From Eledone cirrhosa (Eukaryota), in assembly GCA_964016885.1 (NCBI GenBank), contig OZ024752.1, positions 47,926,001-47,990,000 of the forward strand: a DNA stretch of 64,000 nucleotides, written 5' to 3'. Made by a program: the position numbers and the translations under genes. Positions 1-12,053 of this stretch are shown one piece after another. The notes beneath the pieces were generated by a model, which saw nothing but the letters and a program-made list of their open reading frames with translations, was not told where the DNA came from and made no database searches. Numbering within the stretch: the first letter of the stretch is position 1; the number at the start of each line of letters is the position of its first letter.

Positions 1-11
1 TATATATATAT

Positions 12-47
<36 letters not shown>

Positions 48-146
48 GTGTGTGTGTGTGGATATATGTATATATATATATGTGTGTGTGTGTATATATA
101 TATATATATACACATGTATATATATATATGTGTGTGTATATATGTG

Positions 147-180
<34 letters not shown>

Positions 181-182
181 GA

Positions 183-238
<56 letters not shown>

Positions 239-628
239 TATATATATGTGTGTGTGTGTATATATAAATATATATATATATACACACACACATATATATA
301 TATACACATATATCCACACATACACACACATATATATATATATACACATATATATATATATCTACACATATATATATATATATATATACACATACATATA
401 TACACATATATATACTCATATATACATATATACATATACACATATATGCATGTATATATATATATACATATATATATATATGCACACATATATTCATATA
501 TATATATATACACACACATTTATATATACCTATACACAGACACACACACACATATATAATTATATAAACTCAGACACATACATACACATAATTGCATGTA
601 AATATATATATATATATATATATATATA
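1..628. repeat. (TA)n/(CA)n/(TG)n compound microsatellite
   Basis: Directly visible dinucleotide tracts. Confidence 0.95.
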
Positions 629-819
629 GTAAATGCAGCAGCCATAACACTGTATACAATGCCTCTCTATGCTGCTATGTGGTCCATATTTAAAGATATG
701 TGTGTAGAGCCAGTCTTACACCAGATTTTACCCTAGTGTACACCACTAGTACTGACATAGTAACTCCCAAAACTTAACATGAGGAGCTGAAGAAGTGGTG
801 ACTAACCTCTCAGAGGCTA

Positions 820-1365
820 AGGTCACCAGAACAAATAAATAGCTCAAATATGGCGGAGCTTTTGGGTCTGTTGGAATTTGGCCTGGAATGTTAAAAGCCT
901 TAACCCTTTAAAACGTTCAAACCGGCCAGAATTCTCTACCTTTTTCTGTTGAAACTGGCTGTAACTGGTCACTCAAACTGATGTTAAGGCATTGTTCTCA
1001 AAATAAATACTTTCAAAATCTCATAGATTTGATATTATGTGAGATAATTAAGTGAGTTAAAGCATTTACCATGAAAATACAATAGTAAATATAGAGTAAT
1101 GTGAATGCTAAAGGGTTAAATAGCGAAGTTACTCTCAGGCTGAATTGTGTGTGTCAGATGACCTGAATCTCAGGAAAGGCACCTAAACATTGGTAATCGG
1201 CGGTGATAATCACATAGATGGATCTCCTTGTTAAGCCTCCCCAGTAAAGTTTATATTAAATGTCTGGCAAAGAGATATAGGGATATTGCCAAGTCCAAGC
1301 TAGCTGACAAACAGTGTAGTTTTTGCCCAGGCCACAGCATAGCCAATCAAATATTCACACTGCAA
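820..1365 (+). pseudogene. Degenerate RTE-clade LINE reverse-transcriptase fragment, interrupted by a MITE
   Basis: Translates as MLKALN...SGKAPKHW...ISLLSLPSKVYIKCLAKR...KQCSFCPGHSIANQIFTLQ. This matches the RTE RT motifs EMLKAL, SGxVPxDW, YRGISLLSLPGKVY and QCGFRPGRSTxDQIFTL. Stops and deletions are present. Confidence 0.8.
900..1119 (+). mobile_element. piggyBac-like MITE (TTAA-flanked), family M1
   Basis: TTAA-CCCTTTA...TAAAGGG-TTAA ends. It splits the RTE codons at a TTAA. Homologous copies at 5953, 6858 and 54428. Confidence 0.8.
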
Positions 1366-1470
1366 AACTGGCAGTTGCATCATGACAATACCCCAACTCA
1401 TTCACTGCAGTTGATCCAGGATTTCTTTGGTAAAGAAACACATTTCCCTCATTCCTCAGAGTCCCTGTAC
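1366..1470 (+). pseudogene. mariner transposase fragment
   Basis: NWQLHHDNTPTHSLQLIQDFF matches the mariner catalytic motif W(x)LHHDNAPAH. Confidence 0.7.
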
Positions 1471-2044
1471 ATAGACATGAGTAAATTTATACCAAACGTG
1501 CTCTCTTTTGCAACCCCACGCAGGTCATGTTGTCTTGAATGAACAGAGGCAAAGTAGAGTACTGAGTACTCCTTTAGTCTTGCATGATTCAAGACAACCT
1601 ATGCAGTGCTGACACCATTAAAAAATACATTCCTTCCTACTACAATGTAAGGATAAGAAAATACTTCAATCCTACTGAGAACATAATGTCTTTAGTGTTG
1701 ATGCCATGATAAAATGTACCCAGTGAATAAAATGTACCCTGTGAAGTGGTTGGTTTTTGGAAAGGCATCCAGTCACATAATCCATGCTTAAAATAGAACA
1801 TAAAAACATGACATGTTTTTCTGAACTGTGATAACTCATCCAACCCATACTAGTATAGAAAGTAAATGTAAAACGATGATGATGATAATAAAGATGTGGC
1901 TTACATGCCACTAATAACATCCAAAATAATCAGTCTCAATAATTCTTTCTTGTTTCTATACATATCAATATTTTTTGTGTATATAAAATGGGACAATAAC
2001 ATTACCTCCATAAGTAAAAGGAATAGTCCCTACATACACATGGA

Positions 2045-2339
2045 CAGGGGCCTCATTTGCCTTAAAAATATGAGGGGGACAAACCAACATTTGTTGATTC
2101 TTAAAGGAACATAAATTACTTATGGTGCCTCTCCCAGACCCTATCACATGAGTAAAATTTGACGCTAATTAAATTTTATATATTCAAATAAAGTTCAGAT
2201 TTAAAAAAATAAGCTTAAAAAGAATTTATTATATCAAATAAACAAAAAATAAAATATAGACGTTTGAAAAAGAGTGTGTGTGTGTGTGTGTGGGGGGGGT
2301 TACTTGTCCCCTGGTACCCTTCCTGAAACAAGGCCCTTG
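2045..2339. mobile_element. hAT-like MITE
   Basis: Imperfect TIRs CAGGGGCCTCATTT / AAACAAGGCCCTTG. Exact 8-bp TSD CACATGGA at 2037-2044 and 2340-2347. Confidence 0.7.
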
Positions 2340-2561
2340 CACATGGACATGAAACTATTCCACTCTCAGCATAAGTTTCACAGACACACAATAGTGGTGA
2401 AAAAACAAGGCATACAACCCACACTACTTTAATCCATTAGGAATACTTTTTCAGTTACTTTCATAAATTTATCCATCTGTTGCTTCTCTGTAGTCTCTCT
2501 TTAGTGTATCTCCTTCACCATTAACTGTTTTATCAACACTCTACTGTTCTTCAATACTTAC

Positions 2562-2614
2562 GCTGAATAAGATTGAGAATTAAGGATATAAACACAGAAT
2601 AGAAGTATGGCAAT
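2562..2614 (-). other. Candidate small exon of an unidentified minus-strand gene
   Basis: Acceptor ttccatttgttcag and consensus donor gtaagt. Two frames are open (LPYFYSVFISLILNLIQ or IAILLFCVYILNSQSYS). No homology recognised. Confidence 0.3.
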
Positions 2615-2773
2615 CTGAACAAATGGAAGTAGGAATATGATGGTCTACTGATTGGTGTTGATTGTGAAGTCAGGTGTTGGTCATGAACCATGGTATAAGA
2701 CTCTAAAAGAAAACAACCAGAGAAGTGGAGTGAAACTGCTGTTTGTTTTCTATTTAAAAAGATTTCATTGCTG

Positions 2774-2830
<57 letters not shown>

Positions 2831-3543
2831 GAGGAAGGAATAGTTTTTCTGCCTCCAGGAAAATGGTTTATTTTTACAATTTTATTACACGATATACCGT
2901 TTAATGCTTAAAGTTACCTGTTTAGAATACAAGCATTTGCAATATATTTGGTTTAATGCAGCAACCAAATTTACTTCAAATCACACCCAATCATTTTAAA
3001 TAAAGAACGATTGTTTGGCCAATGTAATTTGATATACAAAAAGATGGAGTAGGCATGGCTGGAATGGAGAGCCTATGATCATAGGTTCACTCAATCAGAG
3101 ATGTCCAGGGGTTCAACAAAGATTTTTATTCAACACATGTATAACACTAACCAACATTATTGAAAGGAATTACACATGACTAACAGTAAACCTATTTAAA
3201 ATTAGAAACAAACAGCATGTACATTCAATCAGATTCCAGGATGAAATTAGTTCCATCCCTCGATCTCAATATATCTTGAAATTAATGAACAGTGGAATCA
3301 AAACATTTCCATAACCTATAAAATGGTAGATACAGTTGCTGTACACTAATGAAACCAAAGTTGTACTTTATCGCTATCCAAAAATATCCCACGTGTTAAT
3401 ACAGCCACACATAATAGGAATTCATCGAATGCAAATTCTGACACCATATTTTTTGTTACCACAAAATGAAATTTCTATCAAATTTCAAGTTTCTGATAAG
3501 ATGGCCTTCATTGTAATGTGTCCAGCAAGGGTAGCTACGTTTG

Positions 3544-3843
3544 TAATAATATAATAATGAAATTGTTGTGTACAGTGCTCAGGTGCACTACAACTCATCA
3601 AAGGTGCATGTATAGTACATAGAATAATGTACAAATGTCAGGAAAATGAACACTGTACGAGTCATGTGTGCGTGTGTATGGAGAGGGGATATCAGGTGTA
3701 GTGTTGGCGAATCTCAGGAAGCATGGAGGTTTTAAAGGATGCAATGTCTCGACAGCTAAATAACTGATGCAAGTAGTTTGTTCCATGCTTCAGCAACTCT
3801 GAGCGTGAAAAAATGTTTACGAAAGTCATGGGAGCTGTGCTGT
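3544..3843 (-). mobile_element. CR1-clade LINE 3' end
   Basis: Minus strand encodes HDFRKHFFTLRVAEAWNKL...ASFKTSML, the CR1 C-terminal FFxxRVxxxWNxL motif. A 3' UTR and an (ATT)n-like tail follow. Confidence 0.8.
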
Positions 3844-4073
3844 AATACATCATTTGGCCACAACTCTCCTACCTCAATGTAATAGTAATTTTCTCTTAAT
3901 GCAAAGGTGAAAACCTACCTGGACAACACTCTCCTTGCAGTCCCCAAAACAAATTCCTCTCATTCATCTTTTTGTTACTTGAAAGACAGCACATAGTGAA
4001 AAACTGAGTAGCTACAATGAATCACCTTTCTTCTGAAGAAATTGCATAACCTTTCTCTTGTTTTTATTCCTAA

Positions 4074-4106
<33 letters not shown>

Positions 4107-4370
4107 CCCCACGGGTACAAGCCAAAGCTGAAGCATATAGACAATATGCCCCACCCCCTCCCACTGCAAAATGGTCGGTGAGGTGCCATGGCAAAAAAAG
4201 CACCCAGTATTCACTGTAAATGAGGTTGGTGTGAGGAAGGGAATCCAGCTGTAGAAATCAAGCCAGAATCAGTTCCCATATGAGCAAGACAAGGTCAGCT
4301 GACTGGACACTGCCCACAGCAGGACAACCCGTCTAACCCATGCTAGCGTGGAAGAATGGACGTAAAATGG

Positions 4371-4405
<35 letters not shown>
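4107..4405 (+). mobile_element. RTE LINE 3' UTR fragment (same family as 41.3-43.3 kb)
   Basis: Aligns to 43010-43337 and ends in a (GAT)n tail. Confidence 0.85.
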
Positions 4406-4642
4406 TGTGTGTGTGTGTGAGCAGGTATATCATGATGATGGTGATTACCCATCACACACACACACACACACAGACAGGGCTGCTTTGGAAATGTTTACTT
4501 GTTAAATATACCATTGTAGAAAAAAAAGTAGTCAGAAGAAAGAAAGAAAGTAAGAAAGAAAGAGAGAGTAAAGAAAGAAAAAGGAGTGATTACATACATA
4601 TTGAGAAAACAGTTCTATGTTTAGCAATAGCAACAAATTTAC

Positions 4643-4703
4643 CTGACAACCAGGAAAAACACATGAAAATAACACATTGAAAATAACTGGCAGTTCTCTT
4701 CAT
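4643..4703 (-). other. Candidate first coding exon (signal-peptide-like)
   Basis: ATG with an in-frame upstream stop, MKRTASYFQCVIFMCFSWLS, then a phase-1 donor CAG|gtaaat. Confidence 0.3.
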
Positions 4704-4954
4704 CAATACACCATCTTGAGATTTTTAGGGAAATATTTGATCAAATTTGGTAGGTGTTGACTCGCTGCCAGTGTCAGTATAGCATGTGTTAGAAATAAAC
4801 AAAAAGATAAACAACACAAGGAAAGGAATGAAGGGGGGGGGGGTGATAGGGGGGAAGGCTATAGAGGGGAGGGGGTGTTTGTGATTTATTGAAATAATTG
4901 TTCCTATGAGATATAAGTAGAGTTTGGTTGGTAACAGAACAATGGTATCCATGT

Positions 4955-5013
<59 letters not shown>

Positions 5014-5017
<4 letters not shown>

Positions 5018-5224
5018 AAGGAGTTGTGGTAAGGAACCAGATAGACCATAACACACCAGAGTACTCAATACTTAGGGTAGTAGAGTGGGTAATAGGAAAA
5101 AGTATGACTCCGACGGCAGAGCTCAAGCCGTTTAAACGGCTATTTCTGGACTAAAGTGACTTTAGTCCAGAAATAGCCATTGAAACGGCTTGAGTTCTGC
5201 CGTCGGGGTCATACTTTCTCCTAT
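5014..5224 (-). mobile_element. (TA)n-inserted short element, family A, fold-back copy (putative Penelope-like terminal repeat)
   Basis: Inverted arms 5092-5157 and 5159-5224, GAGTACTCAATAC motif, (TA)n on both sides. Homologues at 9344, 15849, 17838, 23371, 35969 and 61259. Confidence 0.75.
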
Positions 5225-5279
5225 ATATATATATATATAGAGAGAGAGAGATATGTATGTATATATATATATATATATA

Positions 5280-5658
5280 TAGTCCCTCGTCAGTGATTTG
5301 CCAACCATCATTGGTATTTCATCGCATTAAAAATCATATACCTCAGGTTGGTGCGAGCAATAACTAAAAAAAGCTATTGGGACAAGTGAATCGCGTAAAG
5401 CGAGTGAGACAAGTAAACAACATAGAAGGATAAAAGCAAACCGAAGACATCCTTCTATGTTGTTTACTTGTCTCACTCGCTTTACGCGATTCACTTGTCC
5501 CAATAGCTTTTTGTAGTTATTGCTCGCACCAACCTGAGGTATATGATTTTTAATGCGATGAAATACCAATGATGGTTGGCAAATCACTGACGAGGGACTA
5601 ATTTTATAATATGTAACCCATGTGCAACCACGCAGTATTCCTCTTTCTTCTCATGTTT
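5280..5658 (+). mobile_element. (TA)n-inserted fold-back element, family P, carrying a permuted hammerhead-like core
   Basis: 152-bp inverted arms 5280-5431 and 5449-5600, (TA)n flanks, and a diverged homologue at 16564-16704. Confidence 0.75.
5529..5598 (+). ncRNA. Candidate non-canonically ordered hammerhead ribozyme
   Basis: GGUAU-A-UGAUUU ... GAA-AUACC ... AAAUCA-CUGACGA. Helices III and I form exactly around the core. Helix II is not evident. Confidence 0.5.
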
Positions 5659-5952
5659 TATATATATATATATATATGAGAGTGTGTGTGTGTGTGTGTG
5701 TGTGTGTGAGTTTCATGTCTGCTAGTTACCTTTCAATGTCATGTAAAGATTTAAGGGAAAATATCTAAAAACAGGTTTGTTAATTTAAATGTTTCTAGTA
5801 TTTTTACTGATGGACAGATTTTTGTGAAAATTTACAGTATTAGATGTTTTAATGTTTAATATGATGCAATCGTAGTGCTGTTTTGTATATGTGTGTGTGT
5901 GTGTATATTTGTGTTGACACTACTTCAAAATCAGTGCTCTTTTTTATGTTCT

Positions 5953-6300
5953 TTAACACTTTAGCATTTAAACCAGCCATATCCGCCCAGAATTCTCTCA
6001 TCTATTTTTTTGTTAAAACCAGTCATAACTAGCCAATAATACTGATGTTAAGATATTTTTCTCAAAATAAATAATATCAAAATCTCATAGATTTGATATT
6101 ATGTGAGATAATTATGAGATAAAGCTTTTACCGCAAAAATACAATAGTATATATAGAGTAATGTAAATATTATGTGAGATAAAGCCTTTACCAGAAAAAT
6201 ACAATAGTATATATAGAGTAATGTAAATATTATGTGAGGTAAAGCCTTTACCAGAAAAATACAATAGTAAATATAGAGTAATGTAAATGCTAAATGGGTT
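5953..6300 (+). mobile_element. piggyBac-like MITE M1 with an internal ~60-bp triplication
   Basis: Homologous to 900-1119. The unit TTATGTGAG...TATAGAGTAATGTAAAT occurs three times at ~6110-6290. Confidence 0.75.
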
Positions 6301-6857
6301 TACTTAGTGGTTCAATAAATGGAGATTGACAGAACAAGTATCAGGCTTAAAATTAAGTACTGGCATTGATTTGTTAGATGAAACCTTTCAATACTATACC
6401 CTTGTAGGGCTGCAGTTTCTCTGCATTACTAAAAAGAAAAATAAATTAAATAAAACTGAAACCAGTAAACAAATATAAGAATATGTCTTTGGTGGACCTG
6501 CTTGGATCTATGCACAATGACCCTTCTGGGATCACTCACCTAGGATGATTCCAGTCCCATTGAGAAAGAGCAAAGTGGAAGAAGTGTTTGAGTGAGTAGA
6601 TAGGAATCTGCAAGTGCCAAGTCCAAAAGGTGACGGGAGCTGCTAAAGTTTAATCATAACTACAGATCCATTAGTATTAAGCAGGTAAATAATCAATATT
6701 CTCTGGGATAACATGCCAATCAGTTGAAGGAGGTTTTACAGATATAAATCCATGATCAATTTATGAGAAGTCACTCTCTTATTTATGTATCATTTACAAA
6801 TGGAAGATCAGTCTATTTCAGTTAAGATTAACACCGATATACATATACAAATATACA

Positions 6858-7085
6858 TTAAAACTTTACCATTTAAACCAGCCATAACCGGCCAGAATTC
6901 CTTCACCTCTTTCTGTTCAAACCGGCTGTCACCAGCCGTTCATACTGATATTAAGGTATTGTTCTCAAAATAAATAACATCAAAATTTCATAGATTTGGT
7001 ATTATGAGATAATTAAGTGAGGTAAACCCTTTACCGTGAAAATATAATAGTATATATATAGAGTAATGTAACTGATAAGGGTTAA
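6858..7085 (+). mobile_element. piggyBac-like MITE M1
   Basis: Homologous to 900-1119 and ends AAGGGGTTAA. Confidence 0.75.
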
Positions 7086-7104
7086 CATAGACATTAAATT
7101 GATC

Positions 7105-7592
7105 CCCTTTGGTACTTTATTTTATTGACCCCGTAAGGATGAAAGGCAAAGCTAACCTTGGCAGGATTTGAACTCAGAATATACATGGTCTTTACTAAAT
7201 GCTGTAATGTTTTTCATCTAACACACTGACAATCCACAGCTCACGAGGGTTTTAATAATAATAATAATTGTTTCTACGTTAGGCACAAGGCCAGCAATTA
7301 CTCAGTGTATTACTGGTACTTTATTTTATCGACCCCATAAGGATGAAAGGCAAAGTTTAACCTCGGCGGGATTTGAACTCAGAATGGCAAGGGCCGTAAC
7401 TCTATGCGCCAAAGCATGGCGTCCGACACTCTACCGATACTGCTAATCCACCGCCTTTAATAATAATAATAATTGTTTCTACTTTTGGCACAAGGCCAGC
7501 AATTACCCCAGTACATTACTGGTACTTTATTTTATCGACCCCGTAAGGATGAAAGGCAAAGCTAACCTCGGCGGGATTTAATAATAATAATA
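7105..7592 (-). mobile_element. Cluster of three tandem tRNA-derived SINE copies (Deu/Nin-like domain), family S1
   Basis: Repeated reverse complement of GCCTTTCATCCTTACGGGGTCGATAAAATAAAGTACCAG, B box GAGTTCAAATC and (ATT)n tails. The full copy is 7255-7457. Confidence 0.85.
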
Positions 7593-7640
7593 ATGCTTTC
7601 TTTATTAACCACAAGGGTTGACATAAAGTATAACATTAAG

Positions 7641-8369
7641 GATGGTACAGGACAGTACATGACGTTACAGGGCGGTACAGGACGGTACAGGGCGGTACAG
7701 GATGGTACAGGACAGTACAGGACGGTACATGACGGTACAGGATGGTACAGGACGGTACATGACGGTACAGGACGGTACAGGACGGTACATGACGGTACAT
7801 GACGGTACAGGGCGGTACAGGACGGTACAGGATGGTACAGGACAGTACATGACGGTACATGATGGTACAGGACGGTACATGATGGTACATGACGGTACAG
7901 GACGGTACATGACGGTACAGGACAGTACATGATGGTACAGGACGGTACAGGGCGGTACAGGACAGTACATGACGGTACAGGGCGGTACAGGACGGTACAT
8001 GACGGTACAGGACAGTACAGGGCGGTACAGGACGGTATATGACGGTACAGGATGGTACAGGGCGGTACAGGATGGTACAGGGCGGTACAGGACGGTACAG
8101 GGCGGTACAGGACGGTACAGGGAGGTACAGGACGGTACAGGACGGTACAGGACAGTACATGACGGTACAGGACGGTACATGACGGTACAGGGAGGTACAG
8201 GACGGTACAGGACGGTACAGGACGGTACAGGACGGTACAGGGAGGTACAGGACGGTACAGGACAGTACAGGGCGGTACAGAGCGGTACAGGGCGGTACAG
8301 GACGGTACAGGACAGTACAGAGCGGTACAGGGCGGTACAGGGCGGTACAGGGCGGTACATGATGGTACA
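7641..8369. repeat. 10-bp minisatellite (GACGGTACAG and variants), ~73 units
   Basis: Strict 10-bp period is visible. Variants include GGCGGTACAG, GATGGTACAG, GACAGTACAT and GGAGGTACAG. Confidence 0.97.
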
Positions 8370-8429
8370 AATTTCTGTGTGTAAAGTAATAATTATAATA
8401 TAATATAATATGTGTTGGAGTTGGACCCC

Positions 8430-8660
8430 TGATAGTTCTCATGACAAGCATCCCTGTTATATGAAAAATGGAACAGCCTGCTCATGAAATTAACATGCAA
8501 GTGGCTGAGCATTCCACATACCCATGTACCCTTAATGTAATTCTCAGGGAGATTAAAAATGACAGTGTATGACAAGGCTAGCCCTTTGAATCACAGGCAC
8601 AACTCACTTATTCCAGTGTACTGGAGCAACGTGAAATGAAGTGTCTTGCTCAAGATCATA
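8430..8660 (-). mobile_element. SINE fragment with CORE/Meta-like domain
   Basis: Contains CTGGAGCAACGTGAAATGAAGTGTCTTGCTCAAG, shared with the family S2 SINE core at 24050-24085. Confidence 0.6.
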
Positions 8661-8662
8661 AG

Positions 8663-8701
<39 letters not shown>

Positions 8702-8745
8702 ATAGTAGTGTCAGTAGTAGTAGTAGTAGTAATAATAGTAGTGTC

Positions 8746-8785
<40 letters not shown>

Positions 8786-9343
8786 ATAGTCTGGAGTGAT
8801 ATGGAGAGGCTGGTTGGTGAGTGTGAAGTCCTGCACTAACAAACTAAATAGTCTGACAGTACTGTGTAATATTCTCCCCACTCTGTGACATGATGTCACA
8901 GATGGAGGGAGAGAGAGAGAGAGGAGGGGTAGAGGAGGGAGATCAGTGGTGGTGGCATCAACTAACATGCTATGCCTTACACACACACACACACACACAA
9001 ACAAACACACACACACGTGTCTGTGTGTTTCGAATACATGCATGTGCATTGATTAGTATATATAAATATCACAGCATATCTTCATTCTTGTGTATTTGAA
9101 TATGTGCACACACACACACATACAAATATAGATACCTTTTTACTTCCTCATACACACACACACAAACAAACACACACACAGATATTTACACACCTCCATG
9201 TATAGTGTATGTACACACACACACTATATTGTATATATATGTATATATATAGTAATAATAATAAATGTGAAGACTAAAATCCGAAGGGTGAAAGAAGCGA
9301 TTCTTTGCTTAAACTTTAATCTGTTATTTTAATATATAAATAT

Positions 9344-9548
9344 AACAAAGGAATTGTGGTAAGGAACCAGATGGACCATAACGCACCAGAGTACTCAATA
9401 CTTGGAGTAGTAGAGTGGGAAATAGGAAAAAGTATGACCCTGACGGCAGAGCTCAAGCCATTTCTATGGCTATTTCTGGACTAATTTAGTCCAGAAATAG
9501 CCGTCGAAATGGCTTGAGCTCTGCCATCAGGGTCATACTTTTTCCTAT
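9344..9548 (-). mobile_element. Family A fold-back copy
   Basis: Arms 9422-9484 and 9486-9548, with TA-rich flanks. Confidence 0.75.
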
Positions 9549-9559
9549 ATATATATATT

Positions 9560-9656
9560 CAGGGTGAACCAAATGCCATGATACATAGGAAAAATAAATA
9601 TGGAAACTTAAAAATGTAATTATATTCCCTATGGATTGCGACTTTGGTACCCCCTG
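9560..9656. mobile_element. Tc1/mariner-like mini-MITE
   Basis: Imperfect TIRs CAGGGTGAACCAAA / TTTGGTACCCCCTG in a TA context. Confidence 0.4.
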
Positions 9657-9667
9657 TGTATATATAT

Positions 9668-9818
9668 GAGCGGAGGTGGTGAGAGAGGACCTCGGATCGC
9701 TGAAGCTCATGGGGGAGATAATGAAGGACCATGACAAGTGGAGAGATGCTTTGCTGAATAGGACCTGTCCCACCCTTGCAAACAGGGAAAAATGGGCGTA
9801 AAATGATAATGATGATGA

Positions 9819-9822
<4 letters not shown>
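9668..9822 (+). mobile_element. RTE LINE (second family) 3' end
   Basis: AEVVREDLGSLKL...DHDKWRDALLNRTCPT followed by (GAT)n. Homologues at 10078-10180 and 40565-40745. Confidence 0.8.
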
Positions 9823-9857
<35 letters not shown>

Positions 9858-10331
9858 GGAGATAGAGTAAAAAAGCTCCCAGTTCACACTGTAAATGTGG
9901 TTGGCGTTAGAAAGAGTATCCAGCCATAGAAAACCAGCCAGAAACAGTTCTATATGAGCGAGACATGGTCACCTGACCAATCTTGCCTGAAGTGGGAAAT
10001 TTTCTAGGTACAAATCCTATCGTCATTCTTGACCAAAGGGGGTTTTAACCCTTACCATATATATATATATATATATATGAAGGACCGTGACAAGTGGAGA
10101 GATGCTGTGCTGAATAAGACCCGTCCCACCCTTGCAAGCAGGGAAAAGCGGACGTAAAATGATGATCATGATGATGATATATATATATATTTGGATATAC
10201 CCAAACATGAGGAAGAAGTACTCAATACCAAAAATAGAATATATTATAGATTTATTATATTACTTTCATGATTACTAGTAGATCAGGCAAGTAAATAAAA
10301 TACATACATGCATTATATGTGTATATATATA

Positions 10332-10523
10332 AGGGCGGTGGATTGGCAGTATTGGTAGAGGGTCGGACGCCATGCTTTGATGCATAGAGTTACGGCCCTT
10401 GCCATTCTGAGTTCAAATCTCGCCGAGGTTAACTTTGCCTTTCATCCTTACGGGGTCGATAAAATAAAGTACCAGTAATACACTGGGTAATTGCTGGCCT
10501 TGTGCCAAAAGTAGAAACAATTA
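10332..10523 (+). mobile_element. Full-length SINE S1
   Basis: A box TGGCAGTATTGG, B box GAGTTCAAATC, Deu/Nin-like domain, and 3' end GGCCTTGTGCCAAAAGTAGAAACAATT. Confidence 0.85.
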
Positions 10524-10621
10524 TATGTGTATATATATAAATATATATTCACACACACACATATACATGTGTGTGTGTGTGTGTGTGTCTTCAAACTTCA
10601 TACACACAATTTAAATACAAG

Positions 10622-11195
10622 CACACACACACAGAGACACATATTCACACACACACACAGACACATATTCACACACACACACAGACACATATTCACACAC
10701 ACACACAGAGACACATATTCACACACACAGAGAGAGAGAGAGACACATATTCACACACCCACAGAAACACATATTCACACACACACACCCAGACATATTC
10801 ACACACACACACACACAGACACATATTCACACACACACACACACACAGACACATATTCACACACACCCACCCAGACATATTCACACACACACACACACAG
10901 ACACATATTCACACACACACACACACACAGACACATATTCACACACACACACCCAGACATATTCACACACACACACAGAGACACATATTCACAGACACAT
11001 ATTCACACACACACACCCAGACATATTCACACACACACACCCAGACATATTCACACACACACACAGACACATATTCACACACAGACACATATTCACACAC
11101 ACACAGACACATATTCACACACACACAGACACATATTCACACACACACAGACACATATTCACACACACACAGACACATATTCACACACACACACA
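10622..11195. repeat. CA-based minisatellite (AGACACATATTC(AC)n)
   Basis: The repeat unit is directly visible. Confidence 0.9.
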
Positions 11196-11597
11196 AAGAT
11201 GAATTTATTTATACTCCACTATTGGTTTGTTTTTACTAAACAGGAAAAAAAAATATATTTATAGCTAATTAATGAACCAGTAACCCCTAATATATTCCAG
11301 GTATCATAGCTCTAACAAATTTCAGGGTCTGAAAGGCAAGGTGTAATCTCCCTTTCACCAGTGGCATTTAGTGATTTGAATGAGATACTGTACAGTTATA
11401 ACGTCACTAGTCCAACACTATATTGCTTCTAACACACATACACAAACAGCATAATTCAAACACACAGACACAGTGCAAGAGAAAATGTGTGTGTGAGAGA
11501 GGGAGAGAGTGAACAACAGAGGGAGAAATATAGGAAGAGAAAGAGAGAAGATAGAGAGTGGTGGGTTTGGCAGAGAAGTTAGTGTTTAAGTCTACTA

Positions 11598-11851
11598 CAG
11601 TGGCCCTTAATCTTGGGTCTGCACAAATATTTCTAGGGTTCTGTAAGCTAAGTTCAGAATGTCAAGTAGATTGTTAAAAACATAATATGCACATAATACT
11701 TGGTATCCATTCTGTAAGTATAAAGATTTATCTATCTTGTTGTATAAAAACCTGGGAGGGGATAATATTAGTAGGGGGGTACATGGGGGAAAATCATTTA
11801 AATAAATCTAAATAACGGGGGTTCTTGTGGTGAAAAGGTTAGGAAACCCTG
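11598..11851. mobile_element. hAT (Charlie-like) MITE
   Basis: Ends CAGTGGCCCTTAATCTT and AAGGTTAGGAAACCCTG. Near-identical 8-bp TSD GTCTACTA / GCCTACTA. Confidence 0.6.
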
Positions 11852-11861
11852 GCCTACTAAT

Positions 11862-12053
11862 TATCATCATCTTCATCATTTTACGTCTGCTTTTCCCTGC
11901 TTGCAAGGGTGGGACGGGAACTGATTCTGGCTTGATTTCTACACCAACCTCATTTACAGTGAGTGCTGGGTGCCTTTTTGCCGTGGCTCCTCCACGACCA
12001 CTTTGCAGTGGAATGATAGGGACCCCAGTCCCTATCATCTCATTTCTACAGCT
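11862..12053 (-). mobile_element. SINE S2 3' portion (RTE-tailed)
   Basis: Matches 23820-24040, with an internal deletion. Confidence 0.85.

Noticed and set aside
44-629. Long YI/CV/HT-rich ORFs here and at 18.5-20.5, 25-29.9, 33.3-34.6, 45.3-45.9, 48.3-48.9, 50.1-50.8 and 60.7-61.3 kb
   Set aside because: They are translations of TA/CA/TG microsatellites, which lack stop codons by composition.
1228-1542. Single 104-aa ORF as an RT-transposase fusion gene
   Set aside because: A chance in-frame junction of two decayed fragments (RTE RT and mariner), both truncated and with mutated motifs.
5092-5224. Family A hairpins as pre-miRNAs, terminators or TIR DNA transposons
   Set aside because: The inverted repeat covers only part of the element, loop position varies between copies, and a non-palindromic copy exists at 17838. 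This fits insertion-generated fold-backs better.
7562-8451. Repetitive ORFs (VPSCTVLYRP / GTGRYRTVQD), or a CRISPR-like array
   Set aside because: This is a 10-bp minisatellite open in several frames on both strands. There are no unique spacers and no cas genes, and the context is eukaryotic.
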